From assembly GCA_026936335.1 (NCBI GenBank), contig JAPMXV010000077.1, positions 1 to 64,000 of the forward strand: a stretch of 64,000 bases of DNA, given 5' to 3'. The DNA is from Mantamonas sphyraenae STR306 (taxonomy: Eukaryota > Protista > CRuMs). The first letter of the stretch is position 1, and each line of letters begins with the position of its first letter. Of the stretch, positions 36,204 to 49,000 are shown piece by piece. Made by a program: the position numbers and the translations under genes. The notes beneath the pieces are model-generated. The model was not told the origin of the DNA, made no database searches, and worked only from the letters and a program-made list of their open reading frames with translations.

Positions 36204-38202
36204 TCAATCCTCCTCGACATGTTGCCTCTTCTCAACCTCCGCTCCCTCCTCTTCTTCCTCTTGACCTCTCTCTCGCTTCCTCGTCTCCCCTGACCTCCTT
36301 ACAGTGACCCTTGCCGGTGCAGCACCCCTCCCCACCCACCCAATCACCCTCTCCATCACCTCATCCGGCAGTGTCACCCACCCTTCCCACCCTCTCTCCT
36401 CCACATACTCCTCCATCCCTCCACACCCAAACATCACCTCCCTCTCCTCCCCATTCATCACCAACGCCACCTCCATCGCCTCATCCACCTGTTCACCCCA
36501 TCCAATCCAATGCCACGCCTTCCTCCACCCTTCTTCCCTCACCATCTTCGCTGTTCTCCCTCTTGGCTTCGCACCCCACGCCCGCAACACCTCCACAATC
36601 CTCTCATCCCCACCCTTCACTGCTCGCTCCAGCGCAGTCTCTTTTCCTCTTCCCCTGCAAACGTGTCCACAGGCACCCCCCACTCCTTCAGCGCCTCCAT
36701 CTTCCCCACATCCCCACACTCCACAAACTCCGCTTGCTGCTCCATATTTCTCTCCGACAGTGACTGTACCGCGTCACTGAAAATGCCCTCAATCCTCCAG
36801 CAGGACCGATTGCCATTCATCGCCTGAGCAAGGATTGCGGCTCCTTCTGCCCCGATGCTGTTGTCTTTGATGTTCAGGTTCTGCAAGCTTCTGTTCCAAC
36901 TCAGTGCTTGCGCCAGTGCTACTGCACCTTTGTTCCCGATGCTGCTGTCTTCGAGGTCCAGTGTCTGCAAGCGGCTGTTCCAACTCAGTGCCTGACCCAG
37001 TGCCGCTGCTCCTTCGTCGCCGATGTTGTTGTTCAAGAGGACCAGTGTCTGCAAGGTGCTGTTCTCACTCAATGCATGCCCCAGTGCTACTGCGCCTTCT
37101 GCCCCGATACCGTTCCAGCCGAGGTTCAGGCTCTGCAAGCTGCTGTTCCTACTCAGTGCCTGCGCCAGTGCTGCTGCGCCTTGTGCCCCGATGCTGCTGT
37201 CTTCGAGGTCCAGTGTGTGCAAGCTGCTGTTCTCCATCAGTGCCTGTCCCAGTGCTACTGCACCTTTGTTCCCGATGCTGTTGTTCAAGAGGACCAGGCT
37301 CTGCAAGCTGCTGTTCTCCATGAGTGCCTGCGCCAGTGCCGCTGCTCCTTCTACTCCGATGCTGTTCCAGCCAAGGTACAGTGTCTGCAAGCAGCTGTTC
37401 TCGCTCAGTGCCTGCGCCAGTGCTGCTGATCCTTCGTTCCCGATGCCGTTTTTCCCGAGGTACAGTGTTTGCAAGCTGCTGTTCTCCACCAGTGCCTGCG
37501 CCAGTGCCGCTGCCCCTTCTACTCCGATGCTGTTCCAGCCGAGGTACAGTATCTGCAAGCTGCTGTTCTCCCTCAGTGCCTGCGCCAGTGATGCTGCTCC
37601 TTCTGCCCCGATGCTGTTCCTGCTGAGGTACAGTGTCTGCAAGCAGCTGTTCTTCCTCAGTGCCTGCGCCAGTGCTGCTGCTCCTTCTGCCCCGATGCCG
37701 TTTTTCCCGAGGTACAGTATCTGCAAGCTGCTGTTCTCCACCAGTGCCTGCGCCAGTGCCGCTGCCCCTTCTACTCCGATGCTGTTCCAGCCGAGGTACA
37801 GTATCTGCAAGCTGCTGTTCTCCCTCAGTGCCTGCGCCAGTGCTGCTGCCCCTTCTGCACCGATGCTGTTGCTTCTGAGGTCCAGTGTCTGCAAGCTGCT
37901 GTTCTGAGCTAATGCCTCGGCAAGTGCCACTGCTCCTTTGTCTCCCACCTCCTCACTTGCAAGGCCCAATCGCTGTATGTGACGTGTCAGCACGCGTTCC
38001 ACCCTTCCTACACCCCATCACACCCACCCTACCCCCATCCCTCCTTCCCTTCCCCTTGTGCGACGATCAACGTCACGCTCACCAACTCCCTCCCGATTTC
38101 TTTTTGCCAACTCACCGTTCCCTGAGCCTCCAAAGCTTCCACAATCCGCCCATGGACCCCGCTCTGCAACAGTTCCACCCATTCCTCTTTTCCCAAGCCC
38201 AT
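36204..38202 (-). pseudogene. LRR (14 repeats)-ankyrin paralog with a frameshift near 36650 (or assembly error); exons 38202-38116 and 37972-36204
   Basis: The LRR ORF ends at 36617 while the homologous Ank/F-box-like tail continues in another frame (36204-36719). Confidence 0.7.
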
Positions 38203-41200
38203 GTTTCCTGCGATATTCCACTAGCGTCAGCTCCTCCCTGATTCCTCACTTTCCCCGTGCCTCTCTCTATCCCACCCACACAGCGCACAAGTCCCCGATA
38301 CCCCCACCCTTCCCTACCCAATGACTGTTCTGAATGTGTGTTGTGTGTTGCGTTGGATGCAACTCCGCACAGAGGACAAGCAGCGCTCAGCCCCTTCTTC
38401 GCCGCCTTCACATCCCGCGTTCACAGCACACACACCCAATCACTGTTCACAAACTGCCCATCTACATTTAACCCAACTACGCCACAACGTCCACAGTATG
38501 ACGGCGTTCCACCACACTTGCCCATGCCTCCAATCCACTCCTGACACTCTTCCTCCATCCACCATCACCACCACACATGAATGAACCACACCTTCCCTCT
38601 TCACTTTACAACCCTCGACACATTCCTCCCTCGTCCTTCCCAGCAGCGCCTGCCGCGACTTGCCACCTTCCGTTGGCCGTTGTCTGCCTCCACCGCCCAT
38701 GCATGCCCTCTTTCGCACTGCCCAGTGCATCCATGACCTATTACCAATCCCTCTAGTGTTCCACACACCATTCTGACTTTGTCCATCAGTGCCACCAGCA
38801 TGGAAGGAACAACGGTTGGCCTCCTCCTCCTCCTGCTTGCCACTGCTGTGTTCACCCATGCGCCCCATCCAATGCCAATGGCGTCCGCCAATCTCATCCT
38901 TGCGACACGGTTGACTCTCCACCTTGCTTCCTCTTCCAGAGTCTGAGTCGCCCCCCATCTTGCCGCTCTTCGGCCCGCGTGTGCGGATGGCTGTGCCCAT
39001 GCACACACATGCTACCCCAACCATCCCTCCTTCCCCCCATCCCTCTTCACCACCATCCATCCCCATACCCTCCTCCCTTGCCACCCTGGGGTGATTTTGT
39101 CGCAAGGTGGCAATCCGGCCTCCATCAACGCCGCCTCCCACACACGCCACAGGCCCCTCCACGCCCTCATCCTCCGTTCTCTGGGCCCGCATCATCCCAC
39201 TCCACCTCTCCGCCAAGTTCCCCAATTTCGATGAAAAATGTGCCTGGTGGTGGTCGTGGCGTCGTTTTTGCTTGTCGCCTTGCCAACCCAGCCGCACCTC
39301 GCCGCCTTCCTGCGCCACAAACCGCCCTCCCACGGACCACACACCCCCTTGATCAGCTTGCCCACCCCTTGAACCCGTGTATAGTCCCCCACCAACTTAC
39401 CATGCACACTTCTACCGCAGTCAGGCTGTGCATTCGTGAGCAGTGTCGCAGAAACTCACGCAGCTGGTTTCAGGCGGTGGCCGAGCACCCGCACCTTTGC
39501 CACCCCACTGCTCGCACCACAGGCCGCCCCATGCCCTCAGCCTCGGTCTCCGCCCTCCACACATCAACCACACCCCACTGACCCTCATTCCACTTTTCGC
39601 CACTTTTCGACCATTGTCGACATGGTGAACAACCAGCCGCTCTCCACCAAAATCTGCCCAAATACGAAACTGCTTCTGTGCGTGTGTTTCCCATGTACTT
39701 ATCAACCCACTTGGCCTCAGGATCCAGCGAGTGCTGTGTGCCGACACAGGGCAGGTTTTGTGTGCGATGATCCTCACAGGCGGAGTTTCTACTCGCGCCT
39801 GTGTCATTCATACAACTACGGTGTCACCATGGGTCAATGGTTGTCATAGTATCCACCAAGCACAGCAGCAACACACAGAGGCAACCAGCAGAGAGACCAG
39901 AGGCTCGTTGAGGCCACCTGGCCACCAATCCGCCGACCACCCCATAAACACCACCAGAGCAAGCTACAACTCAAATCCATTCATGCCACATGGCTGACAG
40001 GGTGAACGACACACACACGTGCCATGCCAGTCGTCCAAGGTTGTCTTGGCCGCCCACACGCAGACTCATCCTCCCCACCCTCACCTCCCCCATCCCCACA
40101 CCTGACCCACCAACTGCAATGGATGCACTTTGGACCGCACTCTACTGGCACTGCTCATCCAGCCACAGCGACCATGCAAAGCGGAGAACGAGTTCTCATC
40201 ACCTCCCTTTCCCCCTTTGGAGGTGGTGGAGAAGGTAGCATGGGTTTGAAGAGTGGCAAGCCAACGTGAATGCATGGGAGGATGGGCATGAACATGCGTG
40301 GTGGAGATGGGAACGAGCACGATTGAGAAAAAAGAGTTGCCAGAAAACGAAACGAGTTGAGTCTTGCTCAGCCTGCCCACCACACGTATGGTCCTGCGGA
40401 CATATTCCTCAAGTCTGCATTCTCCCCATCCACAGCACCACAGAGACGTTGGAAATCAAACGGCCGCGTGCAAATTCCTCCTTCCCATCCAACAAGCACC
40501 CGCCGTCCGATGCATCTTCCATCCAGCATCAGCACCACCACTCCTTCGTGTCTCTGTCTCTTCCGTGCTCACATCAACGATGGCCACAGGTCGCCCATCG
40601 TCTCTGTTGCCCCCCATCCAGTGGCAGGAGAAACACACTCGCCCCTCACGCGCCCGCCAAGGCAGAGCATCGCCACACAAGAGCACCCACCGCAAGGCAC
40701 CGCCTGGCCAATCACCCACGAGACATGAACTGGGACTGAAGAAAGCAAAGAAGCGTAGGAAGGACGGTGGTGACGCATCGGCACACAAGTCGTCAGGATC
40801 TTAGCCTTTTGGTGAGGCCTCCTGCACGGCGTGGTGGTGGCACTGCTGGCGAGTGTATTGCTGGGATGAATCAGGTGCCCCAAAGGGACCCACCTGGGGC
40901 ATCGATGGGCAAACGATGGAAATGAACAAACAACAAAAAGAGGGGACGAGGAGGGGAAGGGATGGAGGCTGGGATGAACGAGTGCGACCCAGCCAGCTTC
41001 TCCCCTTTCCCAATCGGTGATGATGGACAACACAAGAGGAGTGACAGTGCACGCGGATCCACACGAGCCCATGGACCTCTATTGCTGGCTTTGTACCCCA
41101 ATCTGATGGAAGGGCTGCTGGCACTGCCCAGGGACGACGTTTTGACGCCAGGCAACGGAGGCAGAATCTGGAAGAAAGTGAGTGTGTGGGGGACGCTGCA

Positions 41201-41668
41201 TGAAGCCACTGTGCGAGAACAACGCAGCACAACCACCGACAGTGCAGGGCGTGTGTGTAAGGAAGGATGTGGATGCAAATGGCACTGTGTGCTGTGTGCC
41301 AGAGTGCCGAGGAACACGGTGACGGGGGCCAGGCTGGGTGGCAAAAAGGCGGCTGCCACAATTGGCCACCCCGTTTTGCTGCCGCACACAACGGGCGGAG
41401 GATGGGAGCTGGCATTTTCCCATGTGGGAACGTGTGAAGCAACTGCATGTGGAGTACGACGAGCACCCAAAGGAGGGATTGGATGTGGAAGAGGAATTCT
41501 GGGAGGTGGTGGAGTGTGTGGGGGAAGATGAATGAGCAGAACGGAGGCCGGGGGGATGGGGTGTCACCCACAGTGAACCACATCCACATGCGCATGCATT
41601 TGCATGGCCAATTGAAGCAGTGTTTGCACAGTGTGGGCGTGTGAAACCCCTGTGGCCAGGAGGTGGCG

Positions 41669-41842
41669 GGGGCGAAAGTCGTGTGAGCTCGGCCTGTGTC
41701 ACTGGCCCGGCCTCTCACGTGCCACTGCACAGTTCATCAGACTCCGAATTCAATGTACCCCCGCACATTGGTGATACCCATCCATGGTACCAGCAACAAG
41801 ACACATTCATGTGCCTGCGACGCACACGGCGCCGTTTTGCTC
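41669..41842 (+). repeat. Dispersed 174-bp element, copy 1
   Basis: GGGGCGAAAGTCGTG...TGGCCCGGCCTCTCACGTGCCACTGCACA...GACGCACACGGCG..GTTTTGCTC, also present at 44494 and 54553. Confidence 0.9.
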
Positions 41843-41877
41843 CCGACACCTTTGGACGCCATTGACCCCAAGACAAA

Positions 41878-44444
41878 ATGTCCTCAAGTAGCTCATCGTC
41901 ATCATTCGTGGGCTCCACATCCCCGACACAAGTGAATGCAGTGAAGAATGATCTGCGTGAATCCAAAGTGGAGCTGTCGTCGGCGGAAAGGAAGCTGGAG
42001 GAAGCGAAAGCCGAGCTGAATCAAGCGAAAGCCGAGCTGGAGGAAGCAAAAGCCGAGCTGGAGGAAGCAAAAGCCGAGCGGAAGGAAGCAAAAGCCGAGC
42101 TGAAGAAGGCGAGAACAGCTGCAGAGAAGTCGCCCGGCGATTCAGGCCTCAAAGAAGACGAGTCGATGGCGAGGGAGGAGTGGAAGACCGCCTCGGAGCG
42201 GGTGCACAACGCCTCGGCAGAAGTCAAGATCATGTTGGACAGGGTGAATACCGCCTCGGCAGAAGTCGGATCCAAGTCGAAACTGGTGGCGGAACTGGAA
42301 CAGATTGTGGTTAAGCACATGAAGGAACTCATCAGTGATGACACAACCGAGGAAATCAAAGGTGCGTGTGTTTTCCCGTGGAGGGAGTTGCAAAGCAGGA
42401 GCACTGACACCAACGTCGACAACGTACGCAGGAGGTGGAGAAAAGCAAAGTAGGTGGGGTGAGGGGCCTGTGTTTTACCAAGTTTGACCACTCTAACATC
42501 TCTGTTTGCACACAGAACAATACTGGAAGGCCCTGTTGCTCGATGTGGATTCGTTGGGGCGTGCCAGCATAGCCAAGAAGCACAAAATCGAAGGGTACAC
42601 GTCCTCATCGTTCCATGACGCCCTGGCAGATGAATTTGTGCTGCAGTACCTGTGCTCAGATCCTGTGAAGGAGGTGCTGGAGCAGCCGGAAAGTGAGCGA
42701 ACGGGCGAAGTGTACTTTTGGGAGAGCCTGACGAGCACAGAGGCGTATGGAGAGGCAGCTGTGCAGCATAGTGTGTGTGGGTGTCTGGATACAATTGCGA
42801 GAGAGGCATTCACAGACTGTGAGATGTCTCTGTGCACCAGCCAGTGAGTTGGGTTGTGTGCTGGGGCTGCGCTTTTGGTCGACACAGCACTGACACGGCA
42901 GAGGACGACTTAGAATGGACACAGTTGGTCGAGTGAATGTTTTCATCAAGTCGAAGGATGAACCGTACACAGCACTGGCGGTGAAGCCGGACCAATGTCT
43001 GTGGGTCGCGCTGCACACGTCTGAACTAGTGTTCTGGGTGGCAGAGGGCAAGGTGGATGGGAAGCAGTCGGGTGAAGCAGACGATGTCAAACTGATGGCG
43101 CAGCTGGTGTCTGTGGTGAAGCATGCCCAGACTGTGTACCGCATGGTGGAGGGGGAGCAACCGAGGGCACTGCACGCCAACGCACTGTACTTTGAGGGGG
43201 ACACATGCTGGCTGTACGTGGCAGAGTACCGCTTGGGAGAGAAAGGAGCGGTTGGGGTGACGAAGCAGAAGTTTAAGGGGCTGTTTGAGCGTGGAGGGGA
43301 AACGCGGCGGAAGTTTGTGCAGAGCATCCAACGCAGAATGGCCATTGCACGTGAAGAAGTCGATTGGGCCAAACAATGCTGTGAAAAAGTGAACGAGGTG
43401 CAGCCATTCCGCATGTCAACGACCACGGGTAGGAGCAAGAGGAAACGGGATGAAGATGAAGACAACAACAACAACAACAACAACACCAAGGAGGAAGAGG
43501 AGGGGGGCACTGGACATGACAAAAAGCGGCAGAGAGTGAGTGGGAGGCAGAAAGGAGGCAGCAAGGGCAAGGTGAAGGGCAAGGGCAAGAGCAAGCATGG
43601 TAGGAAGCGAAGCATCAAGGAACGCGCGGAATCGCTTGTGGATGGATTGGTGGCGGATGGGTTTGGACACACTGTGACTGAAGAGGGTGTGGGCAGTGCA
43701 TACATCGGATATGGCGTGTACAAGGGGAAACGATGTGCGTGCAAGGTGCTACTGCTGGAGCAGGGACAACAAGAGCAGGAGTTTGAACTGATGCGGGAGG
43801 TGTGGGAAGATGGCAACACCCTCAGTGGCTGCAAGCATGTGGTGGATGTATGGGCAGCAGAGGAGGAGGATGGGTACGGTGTCGTGGTCATGCCACTCTT
43901 GGAAACATTCCCCGCGGATTGGGCCAAGCAACTGTCGCTGCGGGGCTTTGTCAATGGGTTGCGAGAGGCGGTGATGGAGATGCATGCAGCCGGGTGGATG
44001 CATGGCGACATCAAACCAGGGAACGTGGGGCTGGACGAACACGGGAGGGTGGTGTTGTTTGACTTGGAGTTGGCATGCAGGACCGACAGGCGATGGAAGG
44101 ACAGGGTGGGCACAGAAGGGTACATGGCACCCGAAGTATGCATGCGCGAGTGGTACGACGAGCGGTGTGACTACTGGAGTGCAGGGGCGACCATTCGCAA
44201 GGTGCGAGAGTATTGGGACGACAAGGGGCGGCAGGAGGATGGACAAGTGACGACGTTGGTGCAGGGGCTGATGATGGACGATCCGGGGGAGAGAACGTGG
44301 CCACTGCTTGACAGGAGTTCTCCCCCAGGGTCATCCTCATCGCAGGTGGGGAGCAGGAGGAGGAGGAGAGGTTTGCATGGGAAGGAGCGGGTGGATGTGC
44401 AGGGTGAGGAGGGTGGGCAGGGTGGTGGTGTGCAGACGAGATAA
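41878..44444 (+). CDS. Crinkler-like protein: coiled coil - PD-(D/E)xK REase-like - Ser/Thr protein kinase; exons 41878-42361, (42432-42449), 42516-42843, 42914-44444
   Basis: AKAELEE heptads; VKPDQCLWV..FWVAEGK..KLMAQL; kinase motifs ACKV, HGDIKPGNV, DLE(DFG), GTEGYMAPE, DYWSAG. All GT-AG junctions keep frame. Confidence 0.8.
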
Positions 44445-44493
44445 GGTTAGGCTGTGAAGGCAGCTTTTGCGTCGCCCCAAGCCGGGGAGGGAA

Positions 44494-44778
44494 GGGGCGA
44501 AAGTCGTGCGAGCTCGGCCTGTGTCACTGGCCCGGCCTCTTACGTGCCACTGCACAGTCCACCAGACTCCAAAGTCAATGTACCCCCGCACATTGGTGAT
44601 GCCCATCCATGGTACCCGCAACAAGACACATGCGTGTGTCTGCGACGCACACGGCGTCGTTTTGCTCGCTTGGCCTGGTTTTGGCCTGGTTTTGGCCTGG
44701 TTTTGGCTCGTTTTTGGCTCGTTTGGCCGAGTTTTGGCCCGGCCTTGGCTCGATTTTTGATTCACCTTTGGCCCAGCT
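44494..44778 (+). repeat. Dispersed element copy 2 with (TTTTGGC..)n tail
   Basis: Same 174-bp core (44494-44667) followed by CCTGGTTTTGG-type short repeats. Confidence 0.9.
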
Positions 44779-45103
44779 CCGACGCGGTCATTCCTGTCCA
44801 CAAATCCATCCGACCGACAATCCGCGAGAGGGGCCCTTGGGTGGCCGACAACCAGAACGTAAAGGGAAGCCATGTTCGAGCACGGGAGGGAGGGGTGGAA
44901 ACAGTGGGCGGCGGCGTGATCCTTGGGGCACCGCACTTGTTCTTCCACGCATTGCCCCCACCCCCACCACCACCCTTCCCCTGAGCGTGTGTGTGTGCAA
45001 ACGAATGTGTGGATTCTGACACATTTAGGAAGAAGTGGCTGTGGGCAAGATACGACACATGGGTGGGCAGTTGGCATGTCGATTGAAGGTGTATGCCCCG
45101 TCA

Positions 45104-46000
45104 TCACGCTCTGCACACTTCTCTGTATCTGACCAGATCATTCTTCCAGCCCCGTTCCCAGTGCAATGCTGGTGCATCCTTGTGTCGCCTTCCTTCGCCA
45201 TGGACACCCAGTGAGGCCAAGAACACAGCACCTTCCCGGGAAACATCCTCCACCCAATCATCCTTCTCCAACGTCGTATCCTCACTCGCGCAGCACTTGC
45301 AAGGGAAGATACACATCATTGCCTCGTCGACACCCCACTTGATCCTATCCTGCTGGTTTGCAGGGATCTTCTGCCGCACCAACTCTGTCTCCTCCCACCT
45401 CTTCTGCACAGCCTTTCCACACTTGCTTCCTCCCATGGCCTCGCACATCCCTGTTGTCACCAGCATGAGTGGGCTGCGTGTCACCACTTTCTCCAACAGG
45501 CGCGGATCCTTGTGCTGCTGCCACAGGTCCCACCACATGCTCGCTTTCTCCCTCACTTTGCCATCGAATGCATGCAGCTTCTCAACTGCCGTCGAGCTGT
45601 CCAACGCGTGCGGATACGCGTATGTTTCCTTCTCCATGTCCTGAAGGCACCAGAACCGGAGAAACCCTTCAAGACCCTGCTTCTTCCTTGGTCAATCACC
45701 CCATGGAGGACTCGCCGTCTCAACTCCTCGCCAACCCACCACGTCTCATCATTTCGAACAATCACATTGCTCAGCACACTCACATGAAACCCGTCGTCCA
45801 GCAGCTGCATCCACCTTTCATCAGTGGCCACTTCTCTCTCCCTCCAATGTGGCCCCACCCTGTCCGTGTCCACAAGCTTGCCCACCTCCACCCCATCCGG
45901 GTCATCCAATCCCTCCATGGCAACAACGATAACCTCCGAGTCGTCGCATGGGTGCCTCTCGTACACTGCTCTGCCCATCCGTTGTGGTGCAAGTGAGTGT
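45104..46000 (-). pseudogene. 5'-truncated, frameshifted relic of the F-box gene family
   Basis: DSEVIVVAMEGL..ATDERWMQLLDDGF and LDSSTAVEKL..VSREGAVFLASLG match the C-termini of the two full paralogs. Split over two frames near 45640. Confidence 0.8.
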
Positions 46001-46034
46001 CGAGGTGCGCAGGTCGGGAACGGGATCACACCAA

Positions 46035-49000
46035 TCATTTTCCATTGCCTTCAAACGCAGTGTACACTTCCCTCAACTGTTCCAGTTCCTCTGTCTGATC
46101 ATCTTCAAATGCTATGTCACAGTATCGCATGTCAAACACTGTGATCTCCAGAGACGCCAGAAAGTCGGCTCCTTCCCTACTTACCTCATCCGTCCAGTCC
46201 TCCTCATCAAACTCGTACCCACACTCCAACAGCACTTGTAAACGGATGAGGGTATCAGCAGAACCACGCGATGACAGCACATCGTGGGCCCATTCGCACC
46301 AGTTCTCCCGTTGTGCCTGGCACTCCTGGCGGACTTGCTCCACCTTTTCCCACCTCTTCTGCGTCTCCTCACCAAGTTTCTCTCCTTCCAAGGCCTCGTA
46401 CATCCCTTCTGTCACCACCATGAATGGAATGCGCCTCACCAGTGCCTCCAGGACCTGTGGATCACTGCAACGCAGCAGCAGCTCCAGCAACAACCCTTTG
46501 TCCACTCCACCATGGATTTCAAGCAGCTTCTCAAGTGCTGTCGAGCTGTCCAACTCGTACAGACACGCATATGCTTCCTTCAAAGCTGTTCGACTGGTTC
46601 CCACCAACTGCTTCAACACGAGCATCATTCCTTGGTCAATGAGCCCATGGACGACTCTCCTCTGCAGCTCAACACTGTACCTACAGAAACCGGTCATTCC
46701 AGGCATCATGGTCCCCAGTACCTTCACAGGGAATCCATCGTCCAGCAGCTGCATCCACCTTTCGTCAGTAGCCAGTTCTTTCGACCACCACCCTGTCTCC
46801 AGCTCTTCTGCGTTCACGAGCTTGCCCACCTTCACCACATCCGCGTTCTCCAGCCCCTCCATGGCCACTGCTACCACCTCCGAGTCGTTGCAGGCGTCTT
46901 TCCTCACTGTTCTGCGCATCCACTGCCGCACGTAATCCACAAAGGCCTCAGCCCCGTTCTCTCTGCACACGCTCACACATCGATTCACCTGCTGTTGCCA
47001 GCGTTCTTGCAAGCATGGCCGAGTGGCTCCGGTCCATACGGTCTCCTTCAGCTCGTATGGCACCCACAATGACCTGTCGTCGTCATCGAACTTGTCCTTG
47101 GACAGCAGGCTAGGCAACAGCCTTTCGTCATGGTCAAATCTGTAGCACTCGAGTATGGTCTCGACCTCCAGTTGCGCCGTGTGCCGCTTCACTGCCCACA
47201 GTACAGCATCCCTGCGTTCCCAACCAGCATACGGCCCCGTAGTCTCAAGGGCACGCGTGAGCAATGTCATCAAATGCTCCTGCGGAAGCACCATACCATT
47301 GCTGTCAAGGGCCGCCCTCAGATCCATTGGGTTGGCTATGTCAACAACCCTCCCCCATGCCCCACGTTCAGCCAGCAAACGAATGGCTTCCATGTGCGGA
47401 CATACCTTGTACACCTTTGCCACAGTGTCGTCATCCAGCTGGCCCCCGTGTTGGTCCAGCACCCACTCACTCGCTTTCCAGTATTCTTTTCTTCGTGCAC
47501 GCATGAGAAATCGCATCACATGCTCATGCGGAAGCACCATATCATTGCTGCGAAGGTGCGCCCTCAGGTCCTCAGGGTTGGCTGTGTCAATAACCATCTC
47601 CCATGCCTCACGTTCCACCAGCAAACGAAGAGCTTCCTTGTTTGGATGTATCTTGTACACGTGCGCCACAGTGTCGTCATCCAACTGTTCCCTGTGTTGG
47701 ACCAGCATCCACTTCACAGTGCGACTTGCTTCACAGAGATCTTTTGCGTGTTTTCTGTGTGCATATTTGGGATCCCTGATCGCTTTCGAGCGATCGGCAC
47801 TTTGGGCACACTCGAGAATTCGCAGCAAAAGCTCCTTCGGAAGCACAATGCCCATCGTGTCAAATTCCGCCCTCAGAACATCAGGTCTTGTTGCGCCAAC
47901 AATCGCCCCCCATGACTTCCGTTCCACCAGAACAGCCAGAGGTTTCGTGAAGAAACCGCGAGGATACCTTCCATGTCTTTTCCACAGCCGTACCACGGCA
48001 TCGTCGCCCAGTCGTGACACGATTTGAGGCCTGTTGACAATCCACGACGCCGTTTCGAAATCACTGCGTGCATCCTGGTACAAGATATAGGCATGGTGGG
48101 CAAGTGTGGCCACGGTCTTCTCCTCACCCTCCACCAGGACGAGCGCCCTTATCAGATCACGGGCAGGCGTATTCTTGGCCAGAGCATCCATGGGTAGCGT
48201 GGACAGAACACATGAAACCAGTGCGTGGTTGTTCAGGACCCAACACATCTCCTGCAACAGAGTCAAGTTCTTCGACTCACAGACAGTTTGCAACGCCTTT
48301 GGCCATTCAGCTTCTGGCAACGCTGCTGGAATGAGGGGAAGCATGCCTCTACATCCGCTCAGCCCCATCGCCATTGCTTCCTTCACACCAGCAAGGCCGT
48401 GTCCCACCAACACCTGCGTCAACGCATTGCCGGTGCACCGCAGCTCATGTCGGCTACGACGGACATACTTCACATATGCCTCTATGTTGGACAGTGGAAC
48501 ATCTGCCAGTGTTCGTCCCATCGAGTCTGGCTGACCCAGTCGTCCCCTCACTCGGGGAAGCTGCGCCACGTTGCCTTTGTAAACCGCGGCCATGCTGGCA
48601 TTCACCTCGAATGATTGCAGGAGACTCTTCGGAGCACCTGATGCCAACAACACGCCGTACCGTGCCTCGTGGAAGGGCACACATGCATCAACGACCTTCA
48701 TCAAGGCCTTGTTGGTGAACTTGCTCAGCGATGTTCGCCGCAACACACACTGCAGCGCAGGAAGTGAGCGTCCACACACAGGTGGCAAATCCTCCACACG
48801 CATGCGTTCAGGCACACTGTTTCCCGCAAACAGCTCAAACAGGGCCCTGTTCCAGTACAGCCGGTTCAGCCGTGGCACCCGGAGCCGTTTGTGTCCAAAC
48901 TTGACCACCACACCACCAATCTCGCCCAATGTGGACACAAGGGTGCTTCTCAGTGGCTGGTTGTCCACTTGGTACAGGTCGCCCATGTCCACCATGTGTG

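Larger units (their letters stand above)
26830..40080. repeat. Tandem segmental triplication (~4.9-5.3-kb units) carrying an LRR gene 5' part and ~2 kb of upstream DNA; copies A and B also include a TM gene
   Basis: Homologous ORFs recur at 28871/33815/39107 and 29184/34128/39421. Offsets are 4944 and ~5292, and the difference is mostly four extra 84-bp LRRs. Confidence 0.92.

Noticed and set aside
40080-41640. Gene(s) upstream of the kinase
   Set aside because: Fragments with splice-like signals, but no consistent frame or domain could be assembled.
41669-44667. LTR retrotransposon
   Set aside because: No gag/RT/integrase, TG..CA termini, PBS or TSD seen.
44668-44770. Interstitial telomere (TTTTGG-like)
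   Set aside because: Irregular 10-11-bp units that do not match TTAGGG. Part of the dispersed element's tail.
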